NCBI GenBank assembly: GCA_030265395.1
Contig: JARFYF010000061.1
Location: 15,307,142-15,371,141 of the forward strand
Source of the DNA: Rhina ancylostomus
Taxonomy: Eukaryota
Reading direction: 5' to 3'
DNA: 64,000 bases
Positions 11,537 to 23,745 of the stretch are shown here, piece after piece. Below the pieces are notes generated by a model. It saw only the letters and a program-made list of their open reading frames with translations. It was not told where the DNA came from and did no database searches. Numbering within the stretch: the first letter of the stretch is position 1; each line of letters starts with the position of its first letter. The position numbers were made by a program, and so were the translations under genes.

Positions 11537-14094
11537 TTTGGGGTTCTGCTTTTGGACAAATCTGCATTTGCAAGCACAATACAAGACTGGAAACTGAACA
11601 GGGTAGGACAACCTGCAGGAAGAGGGAGGTGTAGAAGGGGGCATTGTGCGAGGGGTGGGGGTGGGGCTTGTGGGAAATGGGACCTCAGCAGGATAACATA
11701 CTTCCCCAGGGTATTTCAGGAGGGCAATTTTCCCAGCAAGGATCAATGCATGTAAAGCTTATGATTCAGTAGGATGCTTTCCACAACTTTAAATGCAATG
11801 TGGATGACTTCAGTTGATGCTGGCATCTTACAGTATGGGCCTCCCATCCAATATTCCAGCCAATGTGCAGCACAATTAGTGCTGGCTAGAGGCTGCAATT
11901 ATTCAAATGAACAAACAGCATAAAATTGGCTTGCGGCATTCGACTGCACAGGCATGGGTACAATTCTTGATCCCTGGGTGCTTTTTCAGGAGCTCTCCAA
12001 TTTTGTGCCTGTATCTCTTTCACCAGTGGCTTACATGACGGTTCAAAACTACTTGTGTGCAGAAATATATTGTTAATCTGGATTGTTCTTGAAAGTTGTG
12101 TAACATGGCAGCTTTTCTGTTTAACAAAGCTATATTTACTTTATTCAGTAACTCACATGGAATACATTTTTCATCCACTCTCCAGGGTTTAATGAAACCT
12201 TCGAAGCCTGAAGTAGTGCTGCTGTATCACAAGGCATCATTGATACTAGCCAACATTTTCATCCTGTTCTGAACCCTCAAGCTCAGAAATTGTTAAGGAA
12301 CTTTTAATCATAATTATTCAAAATGACAACTGCACCAAATATGGTGAGTTCATCAATTGGGAATGATTTAGACTTTTGTATTTAGATAGGTACTGCAGTG
12401 GTTCAAGGGACAATCCGTACTGTTAGTTCTAATACAACACAAAATAAGATAGGGAATTTTGTATCACATCCCAAAGCCCACATTTCAAAACAAGTACTCA
12501 CATTCTTTCATATTTGTTTCCCCAAAAGAAATATTTCAGTCATGATGCTGGACTGAACGCATTGCAGTGAAGAAGTTAGAGTGATTGGACTCAGGAGGGG
12601 AATACTAGTAAATTCTCACTCACATTTCATAAACAAGCAGCTCATAGTAATAATGACATGAGATTGACGGTGTTATGGAAAAGTTTGTCAATCAGTGAGT
12701 AGGTCACAGGCAGGGGTGCAAAAGGGGGAAGATAAACTGACAGTAAATATAAGATGGCATTGCACAATTATTGAATTAGAATTCCTAATTGTTTGAAAGT
12801 GTGCATACAAATCAAAATATAAGAATTTGTGATTATTATATTGAAATTATTTTTATTAACACTTTGTAATGCATCTAATGTTCATCACTGGCTAAGCTTA
12901 CAAATTTCTCAGTCTCAGTTGCTGTTTGGATTAGTCTCACAATGTAGAATAGACAACAAGAGGATTCTATAGTTTTGTACAAAAAAATTCTGTCCATTTA
13001 TTTTTGGATGATTGTACACCAAAAAAGCAGAATGATTTGAAAATCTGTGTTAGTCATAGGCCAAAAGCAGAGCGAAGTACAGAACACAATTGAATCTTCA
13101 CTCCAGACACTCCTCTCCCAGCTTGCAGTGTGCACTGTTGAATCCTGATGTAATTTGAAAAAAAAATGCACCAACAGGGTCGTCAGGATGGAGAAGCAGG
13201 TGCACACACTGGGAATGCTTGGCTGCAAGATGTGATAGATTTCATTCACAGTGGCATGTGTTTTGTTCCTTTTAATCAAGCCCTCTGTCTTAAGGCTTCT
13301 GTGGTGACTGCAATAACATCCCTTCTTACAGCTTCAAGTAGCTACTGNNNNNNNNNNTGGTCAAATTTGTGGTAAAACAGACATGGACTTTCATATCACC
13401 CAACTGCCAACACCACTTATTGTGACTATAAACAAGGAACACTGGCTATAATGAGATTTATTCTTTACTGGTAACTGTTACCACTGTGAAGCAGATCTTT
13501 GTGCTTATTCATCCTACATCACCCCTTCGCAACCCCACCAAAAAAAAAATTCTGGATAGTAAGTGTATTTAATACCCAGCAGGAAGTTAGAATCCAGAAT
13601 TATACGAGTCGCCCTGTTTCTCAGCACACATTCACTAAGTGTTATTCACCTACGCCTTCAGCTGACTGCTGGTGATGTAATTTTTGGTTGTTTAATACCC
13701 TGTGCAGGTGCCAATTACACTGCTGTTTCTTAGTGGGAGAATACACTTTGTGCAAGGGGAGCATCAATTATTTCTGAGCTGAGAGGGAGTTTGTCTGGAT
13801 CATTATGAGAGAATGCAGGAGCTCACAGCAAGGAGAGCACACGGAGAGAAGCAATACAAATCCAATAAGGTGTGGATTCATAAAGTGCTGTGTCTGGCTG
13901 GAGTGCAAAGGATGAATGCACAGGAGCTGTTCTTTACTTCCCCCCACCCCCACCAGCACACCACCCCCACCGCCCTTTGCTCGCCTTCAACACTGAGGCA
14001 ACCATCAATTACTCTTATCCTCCTGCACAATCTCATCTAAGTTCATTTTCAAGATGAGGTTTCCTAGTTGGACAGCGAATGTCCAATCCTCTTC

Positions 14095-14475
14095 CTGTCT
14101 ATCAATGGGAGCCCTGCTGCTTCCCTTAGATTGACAGGCTGTGTGTAAATCAATAATAAATTATCAAATTGCTGCCAGCACACTTCACTGGAAATTTTGC
14201 TCCAATCTGTCGGACCAAAAGCAAACACGTATTCCACATAGGATTTGCATATGCAACGCAGTGCAGGGATCCTTTCTGCCAAGACTTTATTCCTCGGACT
14301 GACTTGCAGGAATTGGATAGCTGTTCTGTATGCACACAGACTCCTGGCCTTCTGATCGGGGCAACATTGTCAAAGAGTAAACAACGTTCAATTAGCAAAA
14401 TTACCAATCAGCTTAACAGACACATCTGCCATTCAGTCACTATATAAAGACCAATCAAAGGGAAGAGGTCATAGG
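14095..14475 (+). promoter_or_regulatory. Candidate enhancer/promoter motif cluster
   Basis: TGACAG 14132-14137, GTAAATCA (TGATTTAC on minus) 14145-14152, octamer ATTTGCAT 14243-14250 overlapping the palindrome TTGCATATGCAA, CCAATCAG 14404-14411, CATCTG 14423-14428 and TATATAAA 14441-14448. The surrounding sequence is repeat-poor. Confidence 0.4.
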
Positions 14476-15702
14476 GAAACTGGCAGAATTATTGCCTGGG
14501 CAGCAATCAGACTGAAAATGAGGAGTGACAGAAAGGTTAACACTTAACAAGGATGCTGTAAAGTGACCAGGTTTCACAGATGAAGGTCGGGGAAGGGAGG
14601 ATATATGTGCTATTACACAAATGGCAGAGTAGTGGAAATCATTAGCAAAAAGAAACAACACATGCTGCCAAATGATCACTTGCTGCTTGCATCACTTTTA
14701 TGAAAGATCCCAGAATCAAACAAAGTAATCCTCAAAGCAATTGCAGAACAGCACAAAATCATCTGGCAGCAACCTGAGGGAAGCATCTATTGTAATTTTA
14801 AAAATGATAGAGAATGGAATAATTAATAAGAGGAAACGTATTGAGAACTGAAACAATAAACCTAAGCACTTTTTAATTCCAAAGCAGGAGACATCAAACA
14901 CATCTCTTTTTCCCCCTATTTTGTATGCATTCAATTTACACAAAACTTATGTTTTTGTCTTCATCCTGATCGATGACCTTAGAGTTAACCTTATATTGAG
15001 CCAAGAAACAAGGAAAAATTCATTGCTGAGTGCAACTCTTAAAGTCACCACTGTACAGATTTGCTGCAAATACAGGCGCCTCATACCATGTCTGCACAGT
15101 AACTAATAAGCGTCTGATTGAAGTTTTGACTTCTATTAGTCCAGCCAAGGCCAGAGCAATTTTCTTGGTCTGAATGTCCAGGGTTTAGGCTTGGTCCCTA
15201 GAGGGCAGGCAGGAAATACCAATAGATAGAATTAAGAGCTGCTGCCTTGGCTGCTTCTCCCTCTTATTAATTCAGTGTCTGCATTACTGATAGTATTATT
15301 GTACAAAGGCTGAGAGACTTCTTATTTTCATGAGTTTATATTTTCACACTGTTTCAGTGCTTGGTTAGAAATGGTGAAAAATCGAAATAGAAAATTGGGA
15401 GGATTATTAAATGAATATAATGTGTGCGAATACTATTTGATTTTTTAAAAAAACTCCTGCTTATTACAGTAAATTAAATATTCCACTAAGCTCTGCTACA
15501 TGATATGTGTATTGCCAATATTTTGACAAAGATTTTCCTGAGCATTATGTAGACACTGAATGGATGTGAATGAACAAAAAAAATCTATGGAATTTTCTAG
15601 ATTCAGTCTTGTGGTCACAAAGGATACCAATCTGTGAGCAAGGAACCATGGGATATTGTTCCCAGCAGGTCAATAAAATGACGGATGGGTCTGAGCTCAG
15701 CA

Positions 15703-15716
15703 GCACCAGAGGGCAC
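15703..15716 (+). promoter_or_regulatory. CTCF-like motif
   Basis: GCACCAGAGGGCAC matches 13 of 14 positions of CCASYAGRKGGCRS. Confidence 0.35.
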
Positions 15717-18244
15717 AGACTCTATTCTCTGTTGAAATAGCTGAAAAGACAAATTAATACTGAAGTAGACAATATTGGATTGGACTGTCCAGGAATGCAC
15801 CAAAATAGACTGGAGTAGATTACTAAAACAAGGCTTCTATACTTCAGTCAGGCAACTGGTCAACCCAGTAAGCATTAAGGTATATACACAGAATCATGCA
15901 CATCCATAAAAACAATCTATGCCTTGTATTAAAGCTAATTAATTGATGGCACTGAAGACTTCTTCTAGTTAAAATACTTCAATGATGTAATTTGCCATGG
16001 TGATGGAAGAATTTCATTTGCTGCAGATTATATCCATCTGAATCATCTGATTTCATGCCAATCATCTGTTGGTCTGCTTTATCACAATTAGCAACTACTT
16101 TCAGAAAAACCACAAGCCCCAAAGCATTGACCAAAATGAACCTTTCCGGTCCCTCACTACATGTTGTGGTATTTAATAGCTGTGGCAATTACTGTAAATG
16201 ATTTTCATCCAGATAGTTCCCCCCCCCTCTTCTGATCCTATTGTTATTTTCTTCTTGAAACTCAACCATTTGCTGATTTAATCCTGCCTTTTACTTTAAA
16301 GTCATAGTGTCTGTTTATATTCGACAAAAAAATAGAAGATGTCCCAAGACTCAGCCATGACTCCTAATGTAAGAGTCAACGTTTTTTGAGTAGACTCCAG
16401 AAAACATCCCTTCTGAGTTCTCCTGGAATTTTGAATGAAATTTTAAAGATGCTTATTTTAAAATCTATCTGTCAGGTCACTGGAAGCAGCAAGCAAAAGC
16501 AATCTTCACCATGATTTTGCAGTAGAACTGTATGTGGCATTCCTTACCCTGTTTGCCCGTGATATGTTTCAATCAAGCAGCAATAGCCATAGACCAGGAT
16601 ATTTTACTCAAAACAAACTTTTCTATCCCAACCAGACTTNNNNNNNNNNNNNNNNNNNNNNNNNNNNNNNNNNNNNNNNNNNNNNNNNNNNNNNNNNNNN
16701 NNNNNNNNNNNNNNNNNNNNNNNNNNNNNNNNNNNNNNNTTTCTAGCTTCCCTTCCACTCCTGGTAACCTGGTTGACAGTCTCCATCCTTATGATATGCC
16801 CCGCCCTGTGATACAGCTGTTTTCAATAACCTGAACCATATTTTCTTTAACAATCATCTCTCTCTCTCTTTTGACATAAATTATTTTGAATCTACCAGTC
16901 CTCCAGTTACAGACCTTGGGTGTACTTTTCCTTGGGTGTAAATAAGTGACTTGACCATTACCGGCTATCTTGCTGGATTCACAAACATATCCATCTCCAT
17001 TGTTCATTCCAACAAATAGTTATACAATTGTTCTGTCCAGTTTCCACACTATTGAACTTTATTGCCCCATTTCCACATTTTTAATGGTCTGTGTAATGTA
17101 ATCAATTCCAAATCTCTTCTTACCTCTTGAGCCTCATTCCCTGGCTCAAGCCTCTATGGAAATCAAATATTATAGGGGGTCCTTATATATAATCTCTTCA
17201 ACATACTGAAATCGTGAATAATGGGTAGAACTTTTGACTTCTGCAGAGTCTGAAAACAGGCAGCATTTTATTAGTTGTGCATTATAAGTCCTGCCTTATT
17301 TTCTTCTCCATTGGTATAAACCAAATGAGAACTGAGAAGGCTGTTAACTNNNNNNNNNNNNNNNNNNNNNNNNNNNNNNNNNNNNNNNNNNNNNNNNNNN
17401 NNNNNNNNNNNNNNNNNNNNNNNNNNNNNNNNNNNNNNNNNNNNNNNNNAACTGCTAATTGATAGACAATACCGTATTTTTTTGTCATAAGCACCCACGG
17501 AGTTTTCAGTTTCCCCTAATGGCTCAGAAGTAAATGCCCTCCAGCTGATATTTTCTGTAGTGTCTCCAACACCTGGTTATCCACAGTGCAAAAACTAGGG
17601 AACAGACCCTAAGGTTGAGCTGATGTTTTGTAGAAGCTTATCATCACCTCCTGGGAGTTTTGCTTTATCCTTTCAGCTATCAATTCATCACCCACTAGAT
17701 TTTCTCCCTGCTAATTTGAGTTGACTGCTGCCTTCATGAGCTGTACTCCTCGGTGCCTTGTGTGTCCTGTTCCATAGCCAAGAGCCATTTTATTGATCCC
17801 ATTTATTTCCCTTCCCTAGTCTCAATCCCTTGCAGTAGTCCACCCTTAGTATGATTGTCACTCATTAGCATTAACTTCCCGTCAGCTTATCCAGTAACTA
17901 TGGTTTGGCCATTCCATATATCTTGAAAGCCCTCTGAATTTCGTATTTTGAAGAAAAGTTTCATTTCTACCCTTGTTCCAATCTATTTATGTACAGTAAA
18001 GACAGAAACACTCCTATTGCCAAATCAGTGCCAACCCAGTTGAGGTCCCTTTTGACGTGGGTGGTGATCTAACCACGGCAATGGGAGAAATTGAACTGAG
18101 ATTGTAAAAAATGGAGAAGTGACTACACAACTTTGCCCTTCAGCTCCTCCAAGGGAGGAAACTTGCCCTCTCTACTTGTAGGACCTTAATAGAAAACTGG
18201 GAAGGGGGATGAAAATGCATTTTTGATTCTCTGAGTTGTTCAAT

Positions 18245-18592
18245 TTTATTCATTCACAAGCTTTGGGCATTGATGCCAAGACCGATAATAATTGTGTTGA
18301 ATCAAGTGATTCCGTGCCCATTTTGGAGAGCCCATCACATTTTGCTGGGGGGTCTGGATTCACATATGGATAATGACAGCAGATTTCCTTCCCCAAAGGA
18401 TATCTTCATCATTATTTCTCAAAAGGAAGCTGATGGACTTACAACAAAGTAGCAGTTGCACAGTCACTGTTACTGATACTACCTTTACTTCCAGATTATT
18501 TAACTGAACTTTAATTTTTCAGGTAGGAATTGATATCACATATCTGTGCCTTTAGTCTGGATTGCTAGTCTGATGGTTTAACCACTATGTTA
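18245..18592 (-). mobile_element. Old tRNA-derived SINE with CR1-like tail (same family as 285-655)
   Basis: ggtctggattcacatat...gcagatttccttccccaaagga...ctggattgctagtc...aaccactatg, in antisense orientation. Confidence 0.6.
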
Positions 18593-18599
18593 GCGTGTT

Positions 18600-18790
18600 C
18601 ATCGTATGATAGTAAATGCAATACTTCAGAGGACGGTGGAAGCAAATTTGACAACTTTCAACAAAAGAATTGGACATACAATTGAGAAGCAAAGAAGAAT
18701 TCAGGACCATGGGGATAGACTGGAGATGTGGAAGGCCCAGGTATAATGAATGGGTGGTCTGTTTGTGTGCTGATTCCTTGTGAAGCCAAT
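18600..18790 (+). mobile_element. Short CR1 3' fragment
   Basis: ggtggaagcaaat...actttcaacaaaagaattggacatacaattg...caggaccatgggga (VEA..TFNKRIGHT, degenerate FKRELD motif). Confidence 0.55.
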
Positions 18791-20528
18791 TCCACACCAT
18801 CATGGTTCACTCCTGATGGCTCTCTAAAATGGCATATGCATTTTCCCCAGTGCCTTTGTCTATGTGAAATCTTGCCCAATTTCCTCATACCCTGAAGGAT
18901 TAATAAGAAGTGATGCAGCTCCATTCATAACCCTTTCTGTTCTTCTCTGGCTTTGCCAAATTACTATCGTCTTGGAAGCTATTTTGTGCTTTCTTGCCTT
19001 TTGGAGTTATATGGCCAAATATAAGTTTCCAAAATAAATCTCATGCATCAATTTGTGTTGTCAGCTTCAAGGTCATAATGTTTGATTATTCTGTCAACAT
19101 GGGATATGCTTTTTATCAAAATATTCAGTATACCTATTTGGCAGGCTGATTCAACTTGCCGATTTCCTTTCTAATTTCATTCTTTATGATTTATTTTTAG
19201 TTCAAACATTTCTGTTTGATTTATTGAAGGAATGCTTAAGAATACTAATTAATTAACATTTTTTTCTGAGCAGTTTTAGAAAATAATAGGAATGCAATCT
19301 GAATTTTGTAGGTTTTAAACATTACAAACACAGTGTTAACCTTCTCAAAATTAAGCATCATCACTAATGTTTCATGCACTTTCTGGCTGACTGCCTCAGG
19401 TTTTGCAGAGAGTGGAGAAGTGATAATGTCCACTGTCGACCTCAAAGAAAGCTCCCCATGAAAATCTATTGATCTCTGTGGCTTAGACTTTCCCTTTCCA
19501 GATGTCAGTTTCTGTCAGGCATCACTTCAAGAAGATTCCTGGCATTCGGCAACTGTGATTACATTAACCTGGCTGAGCAGCCAATTACATTGAAGCGTTC
19601 TCACAGATGGGAAACCATAAAACATAAAGCACAATTACCAGTAACAGTGTTAAAATTTCAGGGAATTCTACTAAGATTTTATTTGTGAATGTGTTGTTTT
19701 CATGATCATATTGAAGAAGTATGCAAAGCAATATGGTGGAGGGACATTAACCTATGGATTTCTGCAATAACCTATGCATGGCCTGAAATACTGAAGCTAG
19801 TGTCAGTTTTTGGTGTAATAAAGCTGACCATTAACAGATTTGACATCGTTGCAGCAGCAAAATCCAGGGCACAGTCATTGGTGATGGGATTAGAACAACT
19901 TTTGTATTATTCTGTCACTCCAGATAACTACTGCCAAAATCACACTCTCACCCTTTGTTCATAGTGAGGTGGATAGTTATTATGTTTTTAAACTAACTTA
20001 AATGCACCACACTTTTTAAAACTTTAGAGGTTCTCTTTTGGAACGTATTTTTTCAATGTTTCTGTCCAGTTGACTTATTCTCCCTATAAATATTTGCAAT
20101 AAAATAGAGTTGTACATCACTGCAGGTCAGCAATAAAGAAAGAACGTCCTCTGGGATATACCCTTCATTGCAACCTCCATCAAGAAAGGCATATCTCATT
20201 ATGTAACCCTGATAGTACAGCAGTCACTTGCAACCTGGGCATTTTATCTATTGTGGCATTATAAACCTTGGCAAAAACTCTAGAGCATTCCTAAGTGCTC
20301 CACTGATAAAACCATTCCTCAGATTTATATAGTATATTTCAGCAGAAGAGAAGTAACCAAGAACATGGAAGAAAGGGACAGACCCAAACCAGATGGGCCA
20401 TTTAAGCTGGGCAAACCATGAGACAGCAGGATTTGGTTGAGAATTAAGAAAATGCCAACTTTGATACTCCTTTTGTTAAACAAACCTTATTTCCTCCATT
20501 TGGTATATCTCTGTGATGACAAAGAAGA

Positions 20529-20775
20529 GGGTGGCACGGTAGCATAGCGGTTAGTGTGACACTATTACAGTGCCAGCAATCAGGGTTCGATTCCCATTGC
20601 TGTCTGTAAGGAGTTTGTATGTTCCCCCATGTCTGCATTGGTTTCCTCCGGGTGCTCTGGTTTTCTCCCACATTCCAAAGACGTACAGGTAGGTTAACTT
20701 GGGTTTAAAAAATGAGCGCCATGGACTCTTAGGGCTGGAAGGGCCTGTTACCATGCTGTAAATAAATAAACTAAA
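20529..20775 (+). mobile_element. HE1-like V-domain tRNA-SINE, full length
   Basis: A box TAGCATAGCGG 20540-20550, B box GGTTCGATTCC 20584-20594, V-domain ggtttcctccgggtgctctggttttctcccaca, CR1-type tail gggctggaagggcctgtt and (taaa)n end. Confidence 0.9.
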
Positions 20776-21559
20776 CCCCATACTCTGTAATTGAGTAAAT
20801 TACATGTATAAAACATTGCACTATATTTGCCAAACGTCTTGGAAGACCAAGTGTTTGTTAGAATCAAACAACTCATTTGTTTACACGGTATGAATTATTT
20901 TATCATTAAGTGTCTATCCATTTTCAGTTATCTTTTGGATTAATTATGTAAACTTTGAGATTTATTGAAGGGGTCTTATAACAAGTGAATTCCTCTTGGT
21001 TCCTTGTTTATTATTTGTAATGAAACCTCTTTTTCAGAAAGTGTGTATCGAAAACTTTCTTGCCAAAAGTTGTGTGTGTTTGTGCGAGTGTGTTTGTGAG
21101 ATAAATTATAATGCACAACATCCAGTTCCCCAGCATTTTAACACAAATCCAGAGCATGTTCGCAAACTCTGTTATTTCTCTGAGAAGTGATGTGAATTTT
21201 CAGGGCAATGTTATGTGACCAGGAGTAGTGATTGAAGAGTTTATAGTAACAGTGAATTTTATAAGAAAATGTTACAAGTGATGTTCAGAACTGATGCTAT
21301 AAATAACAAACTTGGTCATTCAGTGAAAAACATTGCGCTTTGAACATTTTTCAAGTGAGGAAGAGAATTCTTCCATTTGTCTTTCCTTATCCTGTGTTAG
21401 TTCCTTGTTTCCCACCAATTTCTTTTAACTCTCTGCATACTGAGTTATAAACACATTTCTAAACAGTACTCCTGTGAATTTCCATGTAAATTATAAAGCT
21501 GGTGAAAGGGCCCTTAAGTTTATATAAGCTATTTATCATACTTCTCACTATAAATTACC

Positions 21560-21720
21560 TCCAAATACATGAAGTGCTATGTAAGCTTGGCATCAACATT
21601 TAACATACAGCAAGTGTCCACAAGCATCAATGAAATAGAGTCACAGATGACAGGCTGGTTCATTTACTTTTACTGACAGTAGGTAAGGGAAGAATGTTGG
21701 CTAAGACAACTCAAGAGGTG
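21560..21720 (-). mobile_element. Deu-domain SINE 3' fragment
   Basis: acagcaagtgtccacaagcatcaatgaaat...gggaagaatgttggctaagaca. Confidence 0.4.
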
Positions 21721-22391
21721 GGTAGTGCAGAATATTGCCAAGCATTTTAAACACAGAGAAGGCCATTCAACCTAACATATCCAAGCTGGTGTTTATACTT
21801 TGAACAAGCCTTCTCACTCTAACCCCATTAACATACCTTTTGATTTCTTTCCTCATTATGTATTTATGAGGGAGATTCTTGAGGTGAGTTTCTTCTGCTG
21901 GCCATTCTCTCAGGACAGAAGCATCTCATGAATTCTCTATTGGATTTATTGTTTTAACAACCCTAGGGGAGGTAATTCCCATTGGTGGAACATCATATGA
22001 TACTTGCGGCAATCTCAGCATTGAAGATCTCCATTAGCTCAACCAATGTGTCTGAAGATAGGAGTCCCAGCATAACCAAAATATGCTGGTTAGAAGGTTA
22101 ATTTGTTACTGTAAATGACTTCTAGTACAGATGGAATGCAGGAGAATGAGGGTGGAGCTTATGTTCACAGTAACATTCAATTATTTGATTGCTTTTATTG
22201 TGTTTTTAGATGATTTGTTTTGTGTTTCATTCAAATTTTACAAAATTTTAAAAGTACCATCATTGTTTATTTCATGTTTAACAATCATTAAATATTTCTG
22301 GATAGCAAGGTCACTGAAAGGTTTTGATAGCTTTGATACATGGCAAAGTTGGTGTGAGGTGTTGCAGTCAGTCTATGATTTTCAGAGAATT

Positions 22392-23745
22392 TTGTAGCCA
22401 GTTATTGAGAGGGAGCACTGTTCCTACAGTCCCAATTTCTGCTTAACCTTCCCAATCTGCTCCAGCCAATTCTTGTTACACACCTTGGCTCTCTGAACTA
22501 GATACCCAGCACCTTCAGGTAGTCAGACCTGATGGTGAAGGGGATGTTGGATCAGTCGGGCCAGTTGCTGAAGAGCATGGCCTTGCTCTTCCCATGGTTA
22601 ACTCTGGCTCCTGATGCCAACTCAAACTGGTCGCAGATGCTGATCAATCTGCAAACTGACCTAGGATCTGAACAGAAGACAGTGATATTATCCATGTACA
22701 GGGAGGTTTTCACCTGGGTACCTCTACCTGCTGTCAAAGTCACACCTCTTATACTGTCATCCTTCCTGATGGATTCAGCAAAGGGTTCTTTACAGCACAC
22801 ATACAAGACTGGGGAGGGTGGACAACCCTGCCTGACTCCAGAATATGGGGAAGCTATCTGTTTCCCACTCATTGATTTGGACTGCACTACAGATATCTGT
22901 GTAGAGCAGTCAGATCCAATTCCTGATTCCTTCCCCAAAGCCTATTTTGGAGACCATGTCCATCATGTACATGTGTAATATCCTGTCAAATGCCTTCTCC
23001 TGGTTCAAGCTGACCAGGCAGGAGTCCACCCCTCTGTCCTGCACGTAGGCGATGATATCCCTGAACAATGCAAGGCTGTAAAAGATCTTCCTGCCAGGTA
23101 CAGCACAGGTTTGGTCTGGGTGGATCAGCTGTCCCAGAGTAGACTTGACCNNNNNNNNNNNNNNNNNNNNNNNNNNNNNNNNNNNNNNNNNNNNNNNNNN
23201 NNNNNNNNNNNNNNNNNNNNNNNNNNNNNNNNNNNNNNNNNNNNNNNNNNTGGGTGGATCAGCTGTCCCAGAGTAGACTTGACCCTGTTGGCACTAGCCT
23301 TGGATGGGATCTTATAATCGACATTCAGCAGTGAGATGGATCTCCCATTCTTGAGGTCATCCCTCTCCCACTTCTGCTTGTAGATGAGGGTAACGGTGCC
23401 CTACCTCATGGATTCTGACACACTGCCAGACAGAAGTATAACAACTTCCAGCAGGTCCAGGCCTGTCCAGTCCCACAGAGCTGAGTACAATTCAGCTGTA
23501 AGCTGTTGCTTCCAGGAGTTTTATTTGAATCAAAAGAATGGATAGAGCCAGTCAGCTCCTCCAGGGTCAGTGGTTGGTCCAGACCCTACTGCTTGCTGTC
23601 ATCTAAGACCTCTCTGTTAGAGGACAGGAAGTTCTGGGATGCTGTGCTCTCTGGGTCTCTCACTTACTTATCTCTGAGAGGTCAGCACAGGGTGAATGTT
23701 TTCAGGATGCTTCATTCTGGTGGCAGATCTAGAACCTGGGATCCC
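22392..23745 (-). mobile_element. Tx1-clade (L1 superfamily) non-LTR retrotransposon, internal RT fragment, pseudogenised
   Basis: Minus-strand peptides NKTPGS, SISLLNVDYKI, RDIIAYVQDRGVDSCLVSLNQEKAFDRI, SGVRQGCPPSP, KTSLYMDN (YxDD changed to YMDN), DQFELASGARVN and DYLKVLGI, with stops and frameshifts. Confidence 0.92.

Noticed and set aside
14169-14447. Cys-containing 92-aa ORF as a possible exon
   Set aside because: It has a non-ATG start, no recognisable domain and no convincing splice sites. The region is better explained as a regulatory motif cluster.
20540-20594. tRNA gene suggested by the A and B boxes
   Set aside because: No cloverleaf or acceptor stem. It is the head of a V-SINE.
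22532-22978. 148-aa plus-strand ORF
   Set aside because: It is the antisense shadow of the Tx1 RT.
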